37,913 bases of DNA from NCBI GenBank assembly GCA_043800705.1, contig JAZDMS010000006.1, positions 1-37,913 on the forward strand, in the 5' to 3' direction. The first letter of the stretch is position 1, and each line of letters starts with the position of its first letter. A model generated the notes under the pieces. The model saw nothing but the letters and a program-made list of their open reading frames with translations. It made no database searches and was not told the origin of the DNA. The stretch comes from Candidatus Altiarchaeota archaeon (GTDB lineage Archaea > Altiarchaeota > Altiarchaeia > IMC4 > SCGC-AAA252-I15). Both the position numbers and the translations under genes were made by a program. Of this stretch, positions 8,784 to 18,266 are shown one piece after another.

Positions 8784-9470
8784 GTGACTAACATATTCGC
8801 TCTTTTGGCAGTCATTCTCCTGTGCGGATGCATGTCCTCAAGGACGCAGGAGTCGGGCACATCCACTACCTCGGCCGAGAGGCAGGCAGACGGATGCGGC
8901 GGATTCTCAGACGAAGTGGACCGGGACAACTGCTACCTGAATCTGGCGTCAAGCCTTGCGAATTCGACATTCTGCCATAAAATCGGCAACGCCGTACTGA
9001 GGGGAACATGCATCGGCAAAGCCGACCTGGAGGCTTCGGCGAGGCAGTCGACGACTACGTCGACGTCTTCGACGGAAACCTCAACATCGACGACCTCCTC
9101 TTCGACCACGACGTCATCAACAGTCGCTACTACTACGTCCGCACCGACTACTACGTTGGAGACAACTACTGTCGAAGCGGTCTCGACGACTTCCTCGACC
9201 ATCCCTTCCGCGGATGACGGGAAGATCTCCACTGGAACCTGCACGAGCACGAATCCCGGCATTGAGTACTTCGTTAAAGGCGTGGTCACCGACAAGAATG
9301 GGAGAGTCAGCACCGACTATTGCATCATCTCAGAAAAATACCCCGGTAGGGATGGGGTCCGTAAATACTACTGCAACGCCAACGGATTCGCGGCCTTAAT
9401 AGATTACCAATGCCCCACGCAGTGCATGGACGGGGCATGCCTCAAGTCCAGGATAGCGGGATCGGACTGA
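8784..9470 (+). CDS. Cys-rich, Thr-rich lipoprotein
   Basis: LLCGC signal, one Cys-helical repeat, a long Thr/Ser linker, and a C-terminal KG...DYC...YYC...CP..C.DGAC module. Confidence 0.8.
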   Translation: MTNIFALLAVILLCGCMSSRTQESGTSTTSAERQADGCGGFSDEVDRDNCYLNLASSLANSTFCHKIGNAVLRGTCIGKADLEASARQSTTTSTSSTETSTSTTSSSTTTSSTVATTTSAPTTTLETTTVEAVSTTSSTIPSADDGKISTGTCTSTNPGIEYFVKGVVTDKNGRVSTDYCIISEKYPGRDGVRKYYCNANGFAALIDYQCPTQCMDGACLKSRIAGSD

Positions 9471-9576
9471 TCTCGCAAGGCACGGTTATAAATGCTTGAT
9501 GGTTTCCGCGCCGTAATCCGGAGTTATTAATGCCGTCCGCATCATTCTTAGGTGAGCTCCACTTAAGGGATGCCTG

Positions 9577-9996
9577 ATGAAAAAGGATGACGTCGATGTA
9601 AGGATCGTTAAACGTTGGCCTAAGGGGGAGATAATTAGGCTGTACACTGCAGGCGGCTGGTGGAAAGGCTCGGACGATCCTGCGACCGTCGGAAGGATCA
9701 TATCCGGCAGCTTCGCATTCGCCGTGGCGGTCGACGGCTCTACAGGGAAGGCTGTCGGGATGGGGCGGGTCATATCAGACGGAGTCTCCGACGCATACAT
9801 CCAGGATGTCGTCGTCTTACCCCGCAGAAGGGGCATGCAGGTCGGCCAGGATATTATAAAGGCCCTGCGGGACAGGTGCATCCTCAAAGGCATCGGCTGG
9901 ATCGGCCTCGTCGCAGAGCCGGGAACCGGCAGCTTCTACAGCAGGCTCGGCTTCAGGCCGTTGAAAGGCCATCTGGCAATGAGGCACATGGGATGA
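9577..9996 (+). CDS. GNAT family N-acetyltransferase
   Basis: VGMGRVISDG..AYIQDVVVLP..RGMQVG...FYSRLGF. Confidence 0.9.
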   Translation: MKKDDVDVRIVKRWPKGEIIRLYTAGGWWKGSDDPATVGRIISGSFAFAVAVDGSTGKAVGMGRVISDGVSDAYIQDVVVLPRRRGMQVGQDIIKALRDRCILKGIGWIGLVAEPGTGSFYSRLGFRPLKGHLAMRHMG

Positions 9997-10892
9997 GGCT
10001 CGAGGATTTCAAACCGGTCACGCTCGCGGAAAAATCCGAATTCTGGGAATTTTACCGGAAATACCCCCCTTCACACAGCGAATACCCCTTCACAACGCTC
10101 GTAAGCTGGTCCCACTACACCCCCGCACATTATGCCATCATGGACGGCAGCCTCGTCATGATGCACGTCATGGACGGCAAGCCCCAGTTCCGGCCTCCCA
10201 TCGGCGAATACACGGACGACACGGTCAGAGAGATCGTCGCATTGGCAAAAGGATCGGGAGGACCGCGGCCGATAGCGGCGATACTGGAGCCTGACAGGGC
10301 CCGGTTCGAAAGGCTTTTTCCGGGCACTGCAGTCTGCCCTGACAGGGACTTTTACGATTATGTCTATCTTACAAGGGAGCTGGCGGGATTGTCCGGCAAG
10401 CATCATGTGTCGCATCGCAGGCGCCTGAACAAATTCACGAAGTCGTACGACTACTCCGTCGTCGAACTCTCCCCCAAATGGGAAAAGGACGTGGAGGACT
10501 TCATCGAAAGATGGTGTCGCCAGTACGGCTGCGAAGACGATCCGCTGTTGGCGGCGGAGGTCGGGGCGATGAAATACTGCCTAGAACATTTCAGGGACCT
10601 GGAGCTATCGGGGCTTGCCTTGAGGATCGACGGCGGGATACAGGCGATATCGCTGTTTGAGCGCATGAACGGTTGCACTTGGGCGATACATTTCGAGAAG
10701 GCGATGACGGACTATGAAGGCATATACCAGGCTATCAGCAACGAGGCTGCGAAGGCACTCACCGGAGTCTGCGAGTACCTGAACCGGGAATCCGATCTGG
10801 GCATAGCCGGGCTTAGGATCGCCAAGGAGAGGCTCCACCCCGACCACATGGTGAAGATATACTACCTATCGAATGAAACTCTGCCTTGCTGA
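9993..10892 (+). CDS. DUF2156 / phosphatidylglycerol lysyltransferase C-terminal-like protein
   Basis: True start is ATG 9993 (ATGA overlap with GNAT). Motifs: DRDFYDYVY..L.G, HFEKA...Y.G.Y, YLNRESDLG..GLR.AK...P. Confidence 0.85.
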   Translation: MRLEDFKPVTLAEKSEFWEFYRKYPPSHSEYPFTTLVSWSHYTPAHYAIMDGSLVMMHVMDGKPQFRPPIGEYTDDTVREIVALAKGSGGPRPIAAILEPDRARFERLFPGTAVCPDRDFYDYVYLTRELAGLSGKHHVSHRRRLNKFTKSYDYSVVELSPKWEKDVEDFIERWCRQYGCEDDPLLAAEVGAMKYCLEHFRDLELSGLALRIDGGIQAISLFERMNGCTWAIHFEKAMTDYEGIYQAISNEAAKALTGVCEYLNRESDLGIAGLRIAKERLHPDHMVKIYYLSNETLPC

Positions 10893-10908
10893 GGCCTTCC
10901 CGTTTCCT

Positions 10909-11562
10909 TTAAAGGGTCGTCTGCCGCTGCATGGCCGCCTCTATGAGATCAGGCCCCTCATTCTCCGCGTCGTTGATCCTCTGGCTTATCTGGACCGCAT
11001 TCATCCGCTGTCCGGGATACGGTTTCAGCAGGTTAGAAAGGGTGTTCGCATCGCTTCTAGGATCGATCCATAAGTCCTCATGCGCCGCATCCAATATGGC
11101 GGGCATCCTGTCGTGGATGACCTTCATCATCTCATTGGATCCTGTTGTGATTATGACAGCAGTCCTATCATCAAATCTGTAGTCGTACAGGCCTGCGAAG
11201 GCAAAAAGGCCGCCGTCCGAAAGCGTTATCCGGTAAGGCTGTTTGATTGAGCCCTGCTTTTGCCACTCGTAAAATCCGTCCGCAACAATCAGGCACCGCT
11301 GCGCCTCCCTAAAGGTGGGCTTCATCTGGTACGATTCGGCCCTTGCGTTTATCACGCCCTTGGCTCCATCCTTCGCCCAAGCCGGTACAAGCCCCCACGT
11401 AGCCTCATCCGCAGTCCTCTCCCCGTCCTCCTCGCGGATGATGAGGATCCGCTGGGTTGGTGCTATATTATACCGTTTCATCCACTCCCTGAAGAGCCTC
11501 TTGAGCCTGAACCTGCGTCTGATCTCCTCAGAATTGTGGAACAGGCTGAAACGGCCGCACAT
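10909..11562 (-). CDS. SOS response-associated peptidase (SRAP/YedK/HMCES family abasic-site crosslinking protein)
   Basis: N-terminal MCGRF (Cys2), RYNIAPTQ, WGLVP.W, INARAE, GFYEW, IHDRMPAIL. Confidence 0.95.
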   Translation of the reverse strand: MCGRFSLFHNSEEIRRRFRLKRLFREWMKRYNIAPTQRILIIREEDGERTADEATWGLVPAWAKDGAKGVINARAESYQMKPTFREAQRCLIVADGFYEWQKQGSIKQPYRITLSDGGLFAFAGLYDYRFDDRTAVIITTGSNEMMKVIHDRMPAILDAAHEDLWIDPRSDANTLSNLLKPYPGQRMNAVQISQRINDAENEGPDLIEAAMQRQTTL

Positions 11563-11627
11563 AGATGAAAGATGATATTATAGCCTATAAAAGAAGTCTT
11601 CGGTTTTCAGTCTTCAGTCTTACTGCT

Positions 11628-12224
11628 TCAGTCATCCTTTTCGCAGTTGCCGAGATCCGCGAGTACTGCGATCATCTTGCCGGTCTTCACGTCCCTGCAG
11701 GGAAAAAACGCGTCGTGGCGGATGATATAGCCATGTCGCTTGGCGGCCGCCATCTGCATGTTTGAGTCCTCCAAGTACTCAGCCATCGCCGCATCGTCAC
11801 GTTGATCAGAGCGCAAAGAGTCGAATTTCGTCATGAGTACGGATAACCCCTCATCGGATCTTTTCGCCCACCTCCTAAGTTTCAGAAACCATCTCATCGG
11901 CGCAGGCATGCCATCAAAGCGGTCCCTCAGCCTGAACGTCGCAGGAAGCCGCAGACCGAGGCCCTCCTTCCGCTCAAGGGCTTTCAGCTCCTGCATATAT
12001 TCGACCTGCCTCCTCGGATTCTTCCAAAGGAGGGTCATGGGTGTGCTCGTCAGCGGCCGAAAGACCTTCTCAGCCATCCGCAGCCCCCTTACAGCCCCAG
12101 ACTTCGACGTCACTGTTGTGTTGACTCCGTAAACAACTCCTTCTTTTCCTTCATTGTTGATAATCTCCAAAGGCATCACTCCCTCAAGAACCCTCGCCCC
12201 CCGGCCGCCTTTAATCCTCTCCAT
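11628..12224 (-). CDS. Hypothetical protein with minimal protein-kinase-like motifs
   Basis: EGKEGVVY (Gly loop), AEKVF (beta3 Lys), VEYMQEL (alphaC), VLMT (hinge) and VLADLG (DFG-like) appear in order. The catalytic loop is atypical. Confidence 0.55.
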   Translation of the reverse strand: MERIKGGRGARVLEGVMPLEIINNEGKEGVVYGVNTTVTSKSGAVRGLRMAEKVFRPLTSTPMTLLWKNPRRQVEYMQELKALERKEGLGLRLPATFRLRDRFDGMPAPMRWFLKLRRWAKRSDEGLSVLMTKFDSLRSDQRDDAAMAEYLEDSNMQMAAAKRHGYIIRHDAFFPCRDVKTGKMIAVLADLGNCEKDD

Positions 12225-12269
12225 GCAGGGAAATATAGTATAAGCGGAATTATAACTTCCATACGTTAT

Positions 12270-12487
12270 CTGACTTGTCAGTTATTTGAATGTTGGAAGT
12301 CCAACTCATAGCCAACTGGTTGTCTTAATGTCTGCGCGTAACACTTCGACTACCAACATAGTCGCCAGCGTGAAATGCCAAAGCCGCCCTGATTGACCTG
12401 TTAGCTAACTGTCTGCGACTGGTTTCCAACTCCTTATCACACGCATATGTCAACTTTTCCCCCGCTCTAGGGTTCCCTGTTTTATAA
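12270..12487. promoter_or_regulatory. Divergent promoter region with a cluster of short palindromes and a TATA box
   Basis: ctgac-tt-gtcag 12270-81, gttgga-ag-tccaac 12292-305, caac-tg-gttg 12313-22, cgacta-N6-tagtcg 12347-64, gttagctaac 12400-09, and TTTATAA 12481-87 before ATG 12508. Confidence 0.5.
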
Positions 12488-12507
12488 CGGCCGCCTTTGT
12501 CTATCTC

Positions 12508-12963
12508 ATGGAATGCTTCGGCGAGGTCTCCTTCGTGGAGGCGGGCGGCGGCAGCCTCCAGGACTGGGCTGCGAGGATGCAAAAAGACAATCTGGTGCTC
12601 TACGTGGACTGTTGCAACAGCATAGACCCCTACAGGCTCTATCGGGTCTCCGGCAGCGAGGAATCCCTCAACCGGGTCCTCGTGGCGAGGCCTTTCACGC
12701 TCTACCAGCTGCGGGAACTCGTCCTCAACAAGCTGGAGAAGATGGTCCAGGAGACGGGGGCAAGGGTTGTGATGCTCTCCGGCGTCGGGTTCTACGGCCT
12801 CGACGACCCCTTCGACAAGGAGGAGTGGTCCGTGATATGGTCGCAGGTTTACGGGCGGCTGAAGGCGCTGGCCAAAGACTACGGCCTACTCGCGCTCGTC
12901 TCCGACGGAGGCGGATCATATGGGCAGGACTGTGAAGACGGCTTCGATGCTGATAGCCGATGA
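12508..12963 (+). CDS. Inactivated RadA/RecA-fold protein of the PolB2 cassette
   Basis: VLYVDCCNSIDPY...LNRVLVARPFTLYQL. No Walker A motif. First gene of the polB2 operon. Confidence 0.8.
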   Translation: MECFGEVSFVEAGGGSLQDWAARMQKDNLVLYVDCCNSIDPYRLYRVSGSEESLNRVLVARPFTLYQLRELVLNKLEKMVQETGARVVMLSGVGFYGLDDPFDKEEWSVIWSQVYGRLKALAKDYGLLALVSDGGGSYGQDCEDGFDADSR

Positions 12964-13213
12964 GGCGGGCAGGTGGAGCCAGTTCCGCTCCGCGCTGAGG
13001 AGGAGGGACAGGGAGGCCTTCGACAACCTGGAGGCCGTCGCAAGGCGGCACTTCAGCGCCATCGGCAACTCGGACATAATCGACCCATTCGAGGCTGTCA
13101 TGTTGAGCATACTCCTGGAGTACGAGAAGAGATTGGAGGCGCTGGAGGGTGAAGGGCGTATTCCTGGACTGTCAGCCTGCGGGCCGGCGGATCAGGCTCT
13201 GGATAAAGGCTGA
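12920..13213 (+). CDS. Small Arg-rich helical protein associated with PolB2
   Basis: MGRTV...W.QFRSALRRRDREAFD.L...ARRH..A...DPFE..MLSILLE, with GGAGG upstream. Confidence 0.85.
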   Translation: MGRTVKTASMLIADEAGRWSQFRSALRRRDREAFDNLEAVARRHFSAIGNSDIIDPFEAVMLSILLEYEKRLEALEGEGRIPGLSACGPADQALDKG

Positions 13214-15323
13214 GGGGAGGGTCGTTGAGGGATACTGCGACTACCGGCCGAGGATATACCTCATATCCGATGTCCTCGGCGAGACTGCGACGGAGCTTTC
13301 TAAAAGGGGGATATGCTCGGAGCAGGTCTTGGTCAGGGACCTAATAACGGATGCCTACACGCAGGTATTGGCTGTTTCGGCCCCGGACTGCGAAGGGCTC
13401 CCGTCGTTTGTCAGGCGCATCGAGCGTCTTGGAGAATACCGGTGGAGGCTATACAACGCAGACCTCGGCGCAGACCAGATGTTCATCTACGAGCGCAGGC
13501 TCCCGCCGCTCTCGTGGGTCGAGTGCGAGATGGATGATGATGCGATACGGAGCATTTCCGTCATTGATGACTGCGCTGATCCCGGCCTGACGGCGTCGTC
13601 TGTCCGGGTCTTCCCCGAGTACGACCCCCGCAGGGACTTCGACTGCAAAGTGAGGGGCATCGAATTCGACGGGCGGACGTTCGACGGCTGCGAACAGGAC
13701 ATCCTGCTAGGGTTCAAGTCCGCATACGAGGTGAAGGACCCCGATGTCGTCCTCGTCGAAGACGGCGACAGGTACGCGACCGAATACCTACTCAACAGGT
13801 TCAAGGCCAACGGCATACCCTTCTGTCTGGGCAGGCGGAGCCAGGGCTTCAGGGCAAGGGCGGGAAAGAGCTACTTCAGCTACGGTCGTGTCATCAGGCG
13901 GGACCCGTCCCACTACCTCGCAGGCAGATACCACATAGATTCGTCGGGGTTCATGTTTCGCGAGGGCGGCCTCGAGGGCATCTTCGAACTGGCGAGGCTC
14001 TCGTACCTGCCTGTCCAGAAGGCGGCGAGGCTCTCCCCCGGGGCTGTGATCTCGAACCTCTACGTGGCGACGGCTTATCAGATGGGGTACCCGATACCGT
14101 ACAAGTGGAACATGGTCGAGGACTTCAAGCCGGTCCGCAGGCTCCTCGAGGCCGACAAAGGCGGGTTCATCTTTGAGCCGAAGGTCGGCTTCCACACCGA
14201 CGTGGCGGAGCTGGACTTCGTCAGCCTCTACCCCCACATCATGGTCAACCACAACATCAGCCCCGAGACCGTCCTCTGCCGGTGCTGCAGGGGGGAGAAT
14301 CTAGTCCCCTACGCGGGCTACAACATATGCGGCAAAAGGCGCGGCCTAGTCCCGCAGGTCATCGCACCCCTCATAGGGCTTCGCATCAGGTATAAGGGCC
14401 TGTACGGGAAGACGGGCGAGAAGAGGTATAAGGCGATGGCGGACGCCTTGAAGTGGGTGCTGGTGACGAGCTTCGGATACACCGGATACAAGCGCAGCAG
14501 GTTCGCAAGGATCGAGGCCCACGAGAGCATAACCTCCTATGCGCGGCACATACTCCAGGCGGCCGCGAAGCTCTCCGAGGACATGGGGTTCGAGGTCCTC
14601 CACGGCATAGTCGACTCCATCTGGGTGCAGAAGCCGGGCCTTGGCGCAGGGGGGGTTGACCTCCTGAGAAGGCGAATCGAGGAGAGGTTCCGGATTCCGG
14701 TGAAGTCCGAGGGCGTCTACAGGTGGGTCGTATTCCTCCCCTCGGTCAGAAATCCCATGGCTCCGGTGCCGAATCGCTACTACGGCGTGTTCGAAAACGG
14801 GGAGATTAAGGCCCGGGGGATAGAGCTCAGGCGTGGCGACAGCCCGAAGGTCGTGAAAGACTTCCAGCAGGAGGTCCTGGCCTATATGGCGGACGCGGCG
14901 ACGGAGCTGCAGTTCATGGCGAGGATTCCCGGGACGTTGAAGATCTTGGCGGCGTATAATGCGAGGCTATCCGAAGGGGCGGTGTCCCTCGATGAACTCG
15001 CTATCGAAAAGCGCATCAGTCGCGGGAAGTACCGGGCCAACAACCCTCAGCGGGTGGTGGTGGATGCACTGGCAGCAAACGGCGTCGACATCCACCCCGG
15101 GGAATGCGTACGCTACGTCATCCGCGACAGCGGCGCGGAAAAGGCGGGCCACCGCTACGTCCCCCTGGAGTATCCGCTCGACGGCTGCGTCGACGCATGC
15201 AAGTATTCGCAGATGCTGGCAAAATCCCTCGAGAGCCTTTTTCTGCCGTTCGGGTACGGGTATAAGCGGATAATCGGGGAACTGGCGCATGGGGTGCAGA
15301 CGACGCTGGGGCGGTGGTCGTGA
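13149..15323 (+). CDS. polB2: Family B DNA polymerase, PolB2 type (degenerate exonuclease, altered motif C)
   Basis: Motif A ELDFVSLYP, motif B ALKWVLVTSFGYTG, and motif C HGIVDSIW in place of YGDTDS. Also NRYYG and KARGIE.RR.D. Confidence 0.9.
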   Translation: MKGVFLDCQPAGRRIRLWIKAEGRVVEGYCDYRPRIYLISDVLGETATELSKRGICSEQVLVRDLITDAYTQVLAVSAPDCEGLPSFVRRIERLGEYRWRLYNADLGADQMFIYERRLPPLSWVECEMDDDAIRSISVIDDCADPGLTASSVRVFPEYDPRRDFDCKVRGIEFDGRTFDGCEQDILLGFKSAYEVKDPDVVLVEDGDRYATEYLLNRFKANGIPFCLGRRSQGFRARAGKSYFSYGRVIRRDPSHYLAGRYHIDSSGFMFREGGLEGIFELARLSYLPVQKAARLSPGAVISNLYVATAYQMGYPIPYKWNMVEDFKPVRRLLEADKGGFIFEPKVGFHTDVAELDFVSLYPHIMVNHNISPETVLCRCCRGENLVPYAGYNICGKRRGLVPQVIAPLIGLRIRYKGLYGKTGEKRYKAMADALKWVLVTSFGYTGYKRSRFARIEAHESITSYARHILQAAAKLSEDMGFEVLHGIVDSIWVQKPGLGAGGVDLLRRRIEERFRIPVKSEGVYRWVVFLPSVRNPMAPVPNRYYGVFENGEIKARGIELRRGDSPKVVKDFQQEVLAYMADAATELQFMARIPGTLKILAAYNARLSEGAVSLDELAIEKRISRGKYRANNPQRVVVDALAANGVDIHPGECVRYVIRDSGAEKAGHRYVPLEYPLDGCVDACKYSQMLAKSLESLFLPFGYGYKRIIGELAHGVQTTLGRWS

Positions 15324-15331
15324 ACCGTTCC

Positions 15332-16363
15332 TCAGGCGGGGATTACATTCTTTACGCTCCTGTGCGGGTCGCCGTCTTCGGGGTTCAGGTACTCCTCCTT
15401 GAACATCTCGAACATCAGGAAAAAATACGACAGAAGCAGCGGGCCGACTATGATCCCGATTACGCCGAAGTAGTTTACTCCTATGAAGAATCCTATCAGG
15501 GATATGAGCGGATGGATCTGGGAGAATCTGGCCTGCATCAGCGGGCGCAGGATGCTGTCCAGGTTCGTGAGTATGGCGCCCCATATGAGGATTCCGATGC
15601 CTGAGTAGACCTGCCCCGACGATATCTGGTATATTCCGGCCGGTATCCAGACCAACGGCGTTCCGAAGGTTGGGAGCATCGAAAGCACCGCGGATAGGAA
15701 TCCCCAGAAGATCGCGTGGGATATGCCGAAGACGTGGAGGCCGAAGCCAAGGAGGATTCCGTGGAGGATGCCGACCGCCCCCTGGGCGACGATGGTGCCG
15801 TATGTGACCCCCGAAACCTCCTGGGCGAGCCTTCTCGTGTTCTTCTCGTTGAATGGGGAAACGGCCAACGCCATCTTGGGCAACTCGCGGTGGTTGACGA
15901 GCATGTAATACAGGAGGAAGTACATGATCGTGATGTTGATGAGGGTCAAGGTGAGTCCGAGGACCATCGACAGGATCTGCGCCTTGATGTATTCGCCTGC
16001 CTTCGCCATCTGCTCGCCTATCAGGTCGCCAATATTTATCTCTGGAACGAGCCTGTTTGCGGACTCCAGCCAGAGCGGAAGAAGGGAGAATTGTGACGTG
16101 ATCGAGCTGGCTTCGTCGACGAGCAGGCCCATTATGTAAAGGAAAGGCAGGGTGATGATGAATATGGAGAAGATTATCACTAGAATCGCCGAGGTCCCCT
16201 TGCTCATGTTCCACCTCTGGTTGAGGCGGTCATACAGGGGGTGGAATACGGTGTATAGTATTATCGCTCCGAAGAAGGCGTCGACGTAGGGTGTGAGGGC
16301 GTAGAGTATGAACGCCGACAAGGCAACAATCAAAATCGTCGCGTATGTTTTTTTCAGGTCCAT
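15332..16363 (-). CDS. AI-2E family transporter
   Basis: Start ATG 16363 (MDLKK). Motifs: P..GT.LVWIP, DSILRP, IHPLISLIG..G...FG..G..VGP. Confidence 0.92.
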   Translation of the reverse strand: MDLKKTYATILIVALSAFILYALTPYVDAFFGAIILYTVFHPLYDRLNQRWNMSKGTSAILVIIFSIFIITLPFLYIMGLLVDEASSITSQFSLLPLWLESANRLVPEINIGDLIGEQMAKAGEYIKAQILSMVLGLTLTLINITIMYFLLYYMLVNHRELPKMALAVSPFNEKNTRRLAQEVSGVTYGTIVAQGAVGILHGILLGFGLHVFGISHAIFWGFLSAVLSMLPTFGTPLVWIPAGIYQISSGQVYSGIGILIWGAILTNLDSILRPLMQARFSQIHPLISLIGFFIGVNYFGVIGIIVGPLLLSYFFLMFEMFKEEYLNPEDGDPHRSVKNVIPA

Positions 16364-16424
16364 TTCTCTGGTTCCCCCGGATAAATGATAGGTGCCTGCT
16401 TGGTATATGGCCCATCCAAGCCCG

Positions 16425-16796
16425 TCATTGTATATTGTATCTGTTGGAGCAGGTCGGGTTCCCGCTGTAGGCCTCCGACTTGTAGCAGCATACGGCCACT
16501 TGTGTGACGGACACTGAGGGTATCCTCTCATCGATGTTTATCGTGATCGCCGCGCCGGGGCCCGCGGACATGGTCTTCTCTACCGTCTTGATAACCGATT
16601 TGCCGCTGTCGCCGCCGCGCATCTCTATAACGCACATCTTGTACGTTGCCTCCCCGCTATTCTGGGCGATGACCCTCCCCCGGTAGCTGTTGCCGTTTTT
16701 GGAAACACTTGTCTCAAGGATGGAGATCTCCTCCTTCTGGCCCATACAGCCTGCGGCCAAAAGGCATATCGCCAAAAGGGCAAGGGTTCTGCTCAT
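16425..16796 (-). CDS. Small secreted lipoprotein, beta-sandwich-like
   Basis: LLAAGC signal followed by a beta-rich domain with NSGE. Confidence 0.7.
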   Translation of the reverse strand: MSRTLALLAICLLAAGCMGQKEEISILETSVSKNGNSYRGRVIAQNSGEATYKMCVIEMRGGDSGKSVIKTVEKTMSAGPGAAITINIDERIPSVSVTQVAVCCYKSEAYSGNPTCSNRYNIQ

Positions 16797-16829
16797 AGGA
16801 TAACCATATGTTTTGCCGCTTAAATGCGT

Positions 16830-18266
16830 TCAATCGCCTGAGCAGTCGTATACTCCGATGATGCCGTAGTATGCGTCTCTGAAGACACCCTTGACCTTGC
16901 AGAACCTGTTTATGAAGGCGCCGGTCTCGTTGATGGTCGAAATCCCCCGCTCGGACACTATGAAGAGCTTGAACCTGCCGTCCCCGTGGAGGTCGTCAAG
17001 GAGACGGCTTAAATCAGTCACGTTCGAGGTGAACCGCTGCAGGTTCGTGTCTATCTCGTCGTAGGCGATCCTCCTTTGAGAAAGGAGCGCTATCAGCGGG
17101 GTCGTCGTCGAATCGCCGAATATCTCGTCCCCGGGATCCGTGTTCGAACGGACGAAGCCGCTTATCCGCTCTGCGGATTCGAAGTATCTGGACTCGCGGT
17201 CGATATACCAGCCTACGCTTACGCAGGAATAGAGCACCACGACTACGCCGAATCCTGCGATGACGCGCCTGTCCTTCAGGCGCCCCGACAGGGCATCGAC
17301 GCCCCTGGCGGAGAGAATCGCAAGGAACGGGAATAATAGGACAAAGTAGTAGTCGAAGACCGTCTTCAGGCTCACGATAAAGAGGGCATAGGATATAACC
17401 GCTGAGGCAGCGGCGGTATCGGCATCCTCCGCCTTCCGCCTCCAGAAGAGCAGGGGGGATGCGAGCGCAGGGGCGACGACCAGAAAGTTGGACGACATTA
17501 CCCTTAAGATGACCGAGGCGTTCTCGACGGATATCTGCCTCTTCATGAGGTGGTAGAGGTAGACCCCCCTGAAATAGCCCTCCCCGGCTGACATGAGGAA
17601 GAAGCCGTTTACTGCGACGAAGACCACTGTGAATCCGAACAGCAGCGCCAGAAGGCGCATCCAGCCCGCGCGGGACACGAGCATGCCCGCTGCCAGCGCA
17701 CCGAGCAGGACCACGGCGTAGACCCCCGCGGACGAGGCGGCGCCAAGGAGGATCCCCGAGGCGAGATATGACTTCCTGACGAAGAGGTAGAATCCCGCGA
17801 GCATCAGCATCACGGTCTCGCTGACGTGGGTGCTGTAGGACGTCGAGCTCAGGACAGTGTATGAAAAGAGGAACAATGCAAGGGCGGTCAGGGCCGTGCG
17901 GCCGTCGTAGACGACGGAGCAGGCCTTGTAGAGGAAGATCCCGCCAACCAATGTAGCGATCACGGGGACCGCCTTCAATGCGACGAAGCTGAAGCCCAGG
18001 AGCTTGAATATGAGGGCGTTTAGGTATATCCCAAGCGGGGGATGGCTGAAGAAGAAATCCCGGTACGGCATCTTCCCCTCCGAGATGAGCTTCCCCATGT
18101 AGAAGTGGATGTTCTCGTCCGATGCGCCGTATTTGAATCCTGCGCCCTTCACGGCGATGAAGACCGCGAATAGGGAGAGGACCATGAGGAGCTGCCGCCT
18201 GCTGGACATTTCGCGACGTCCTACGGTTGGGGTGCCCTTCCTCATCTTCGTCTTCTTGGCTGGCAT
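16830..18266 (-). CDS. GT-C fold membrane glycosyltransferase (family 39/PMT-ArnT-like)
   Basis: SDE..H.Y.G..I..G..PYRDFF..HPP after the first TM, many TM helices, YYF.LLFPF. Start position uncertain. Confidence 0.85.
   Translation of the reverse strand: MPAKKTKMRKGTPTVGRREMSSRRQLLMVLSLFAVFIAVKGAGFKYGASDENIHFYMGKLISEGKMPYRDFFFSHPPLGIYLNALIFKLLGFSFVALKAVPVIATLVGGIFLYKACSVVYDGRTALTALALFLFSYTVLSSTSYSTHVSETVMLMLAGFYLFVRKSYLASGILLGAASSAGVYAVVLLGALAAGMLVSRAGWMRLLALLFGFTVVFVAVNGFFLMSAGEGYFRGVYLYHLMKRQISVENASVILRVMSSNFLVVAPALASPLLFWRRKAEDADTAAASAVISYALFIVSLKTVFDYYFVLLFPFLAILSARGVDALSGRLKDRRVIAGFGVVVVLYSCVSVGWYIDRESRYFESAERISGFVRSNTDPGDEIFGDSTTTPLIALLSQRRIAYDEIDTNLQRFTSNVTDLSRLLDDLHGDGRFKLFIVSERGISTINETGAFINRFCKVKGVFRDAYYGIIGVYDCSGD

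Noticed and set aside
9660-9992. N-terminal extension of the 410-aa ORF
   Set aside because: It overlaps the GNAT gene in another frame, and DUF2156 similarity begins at ATG 9993.
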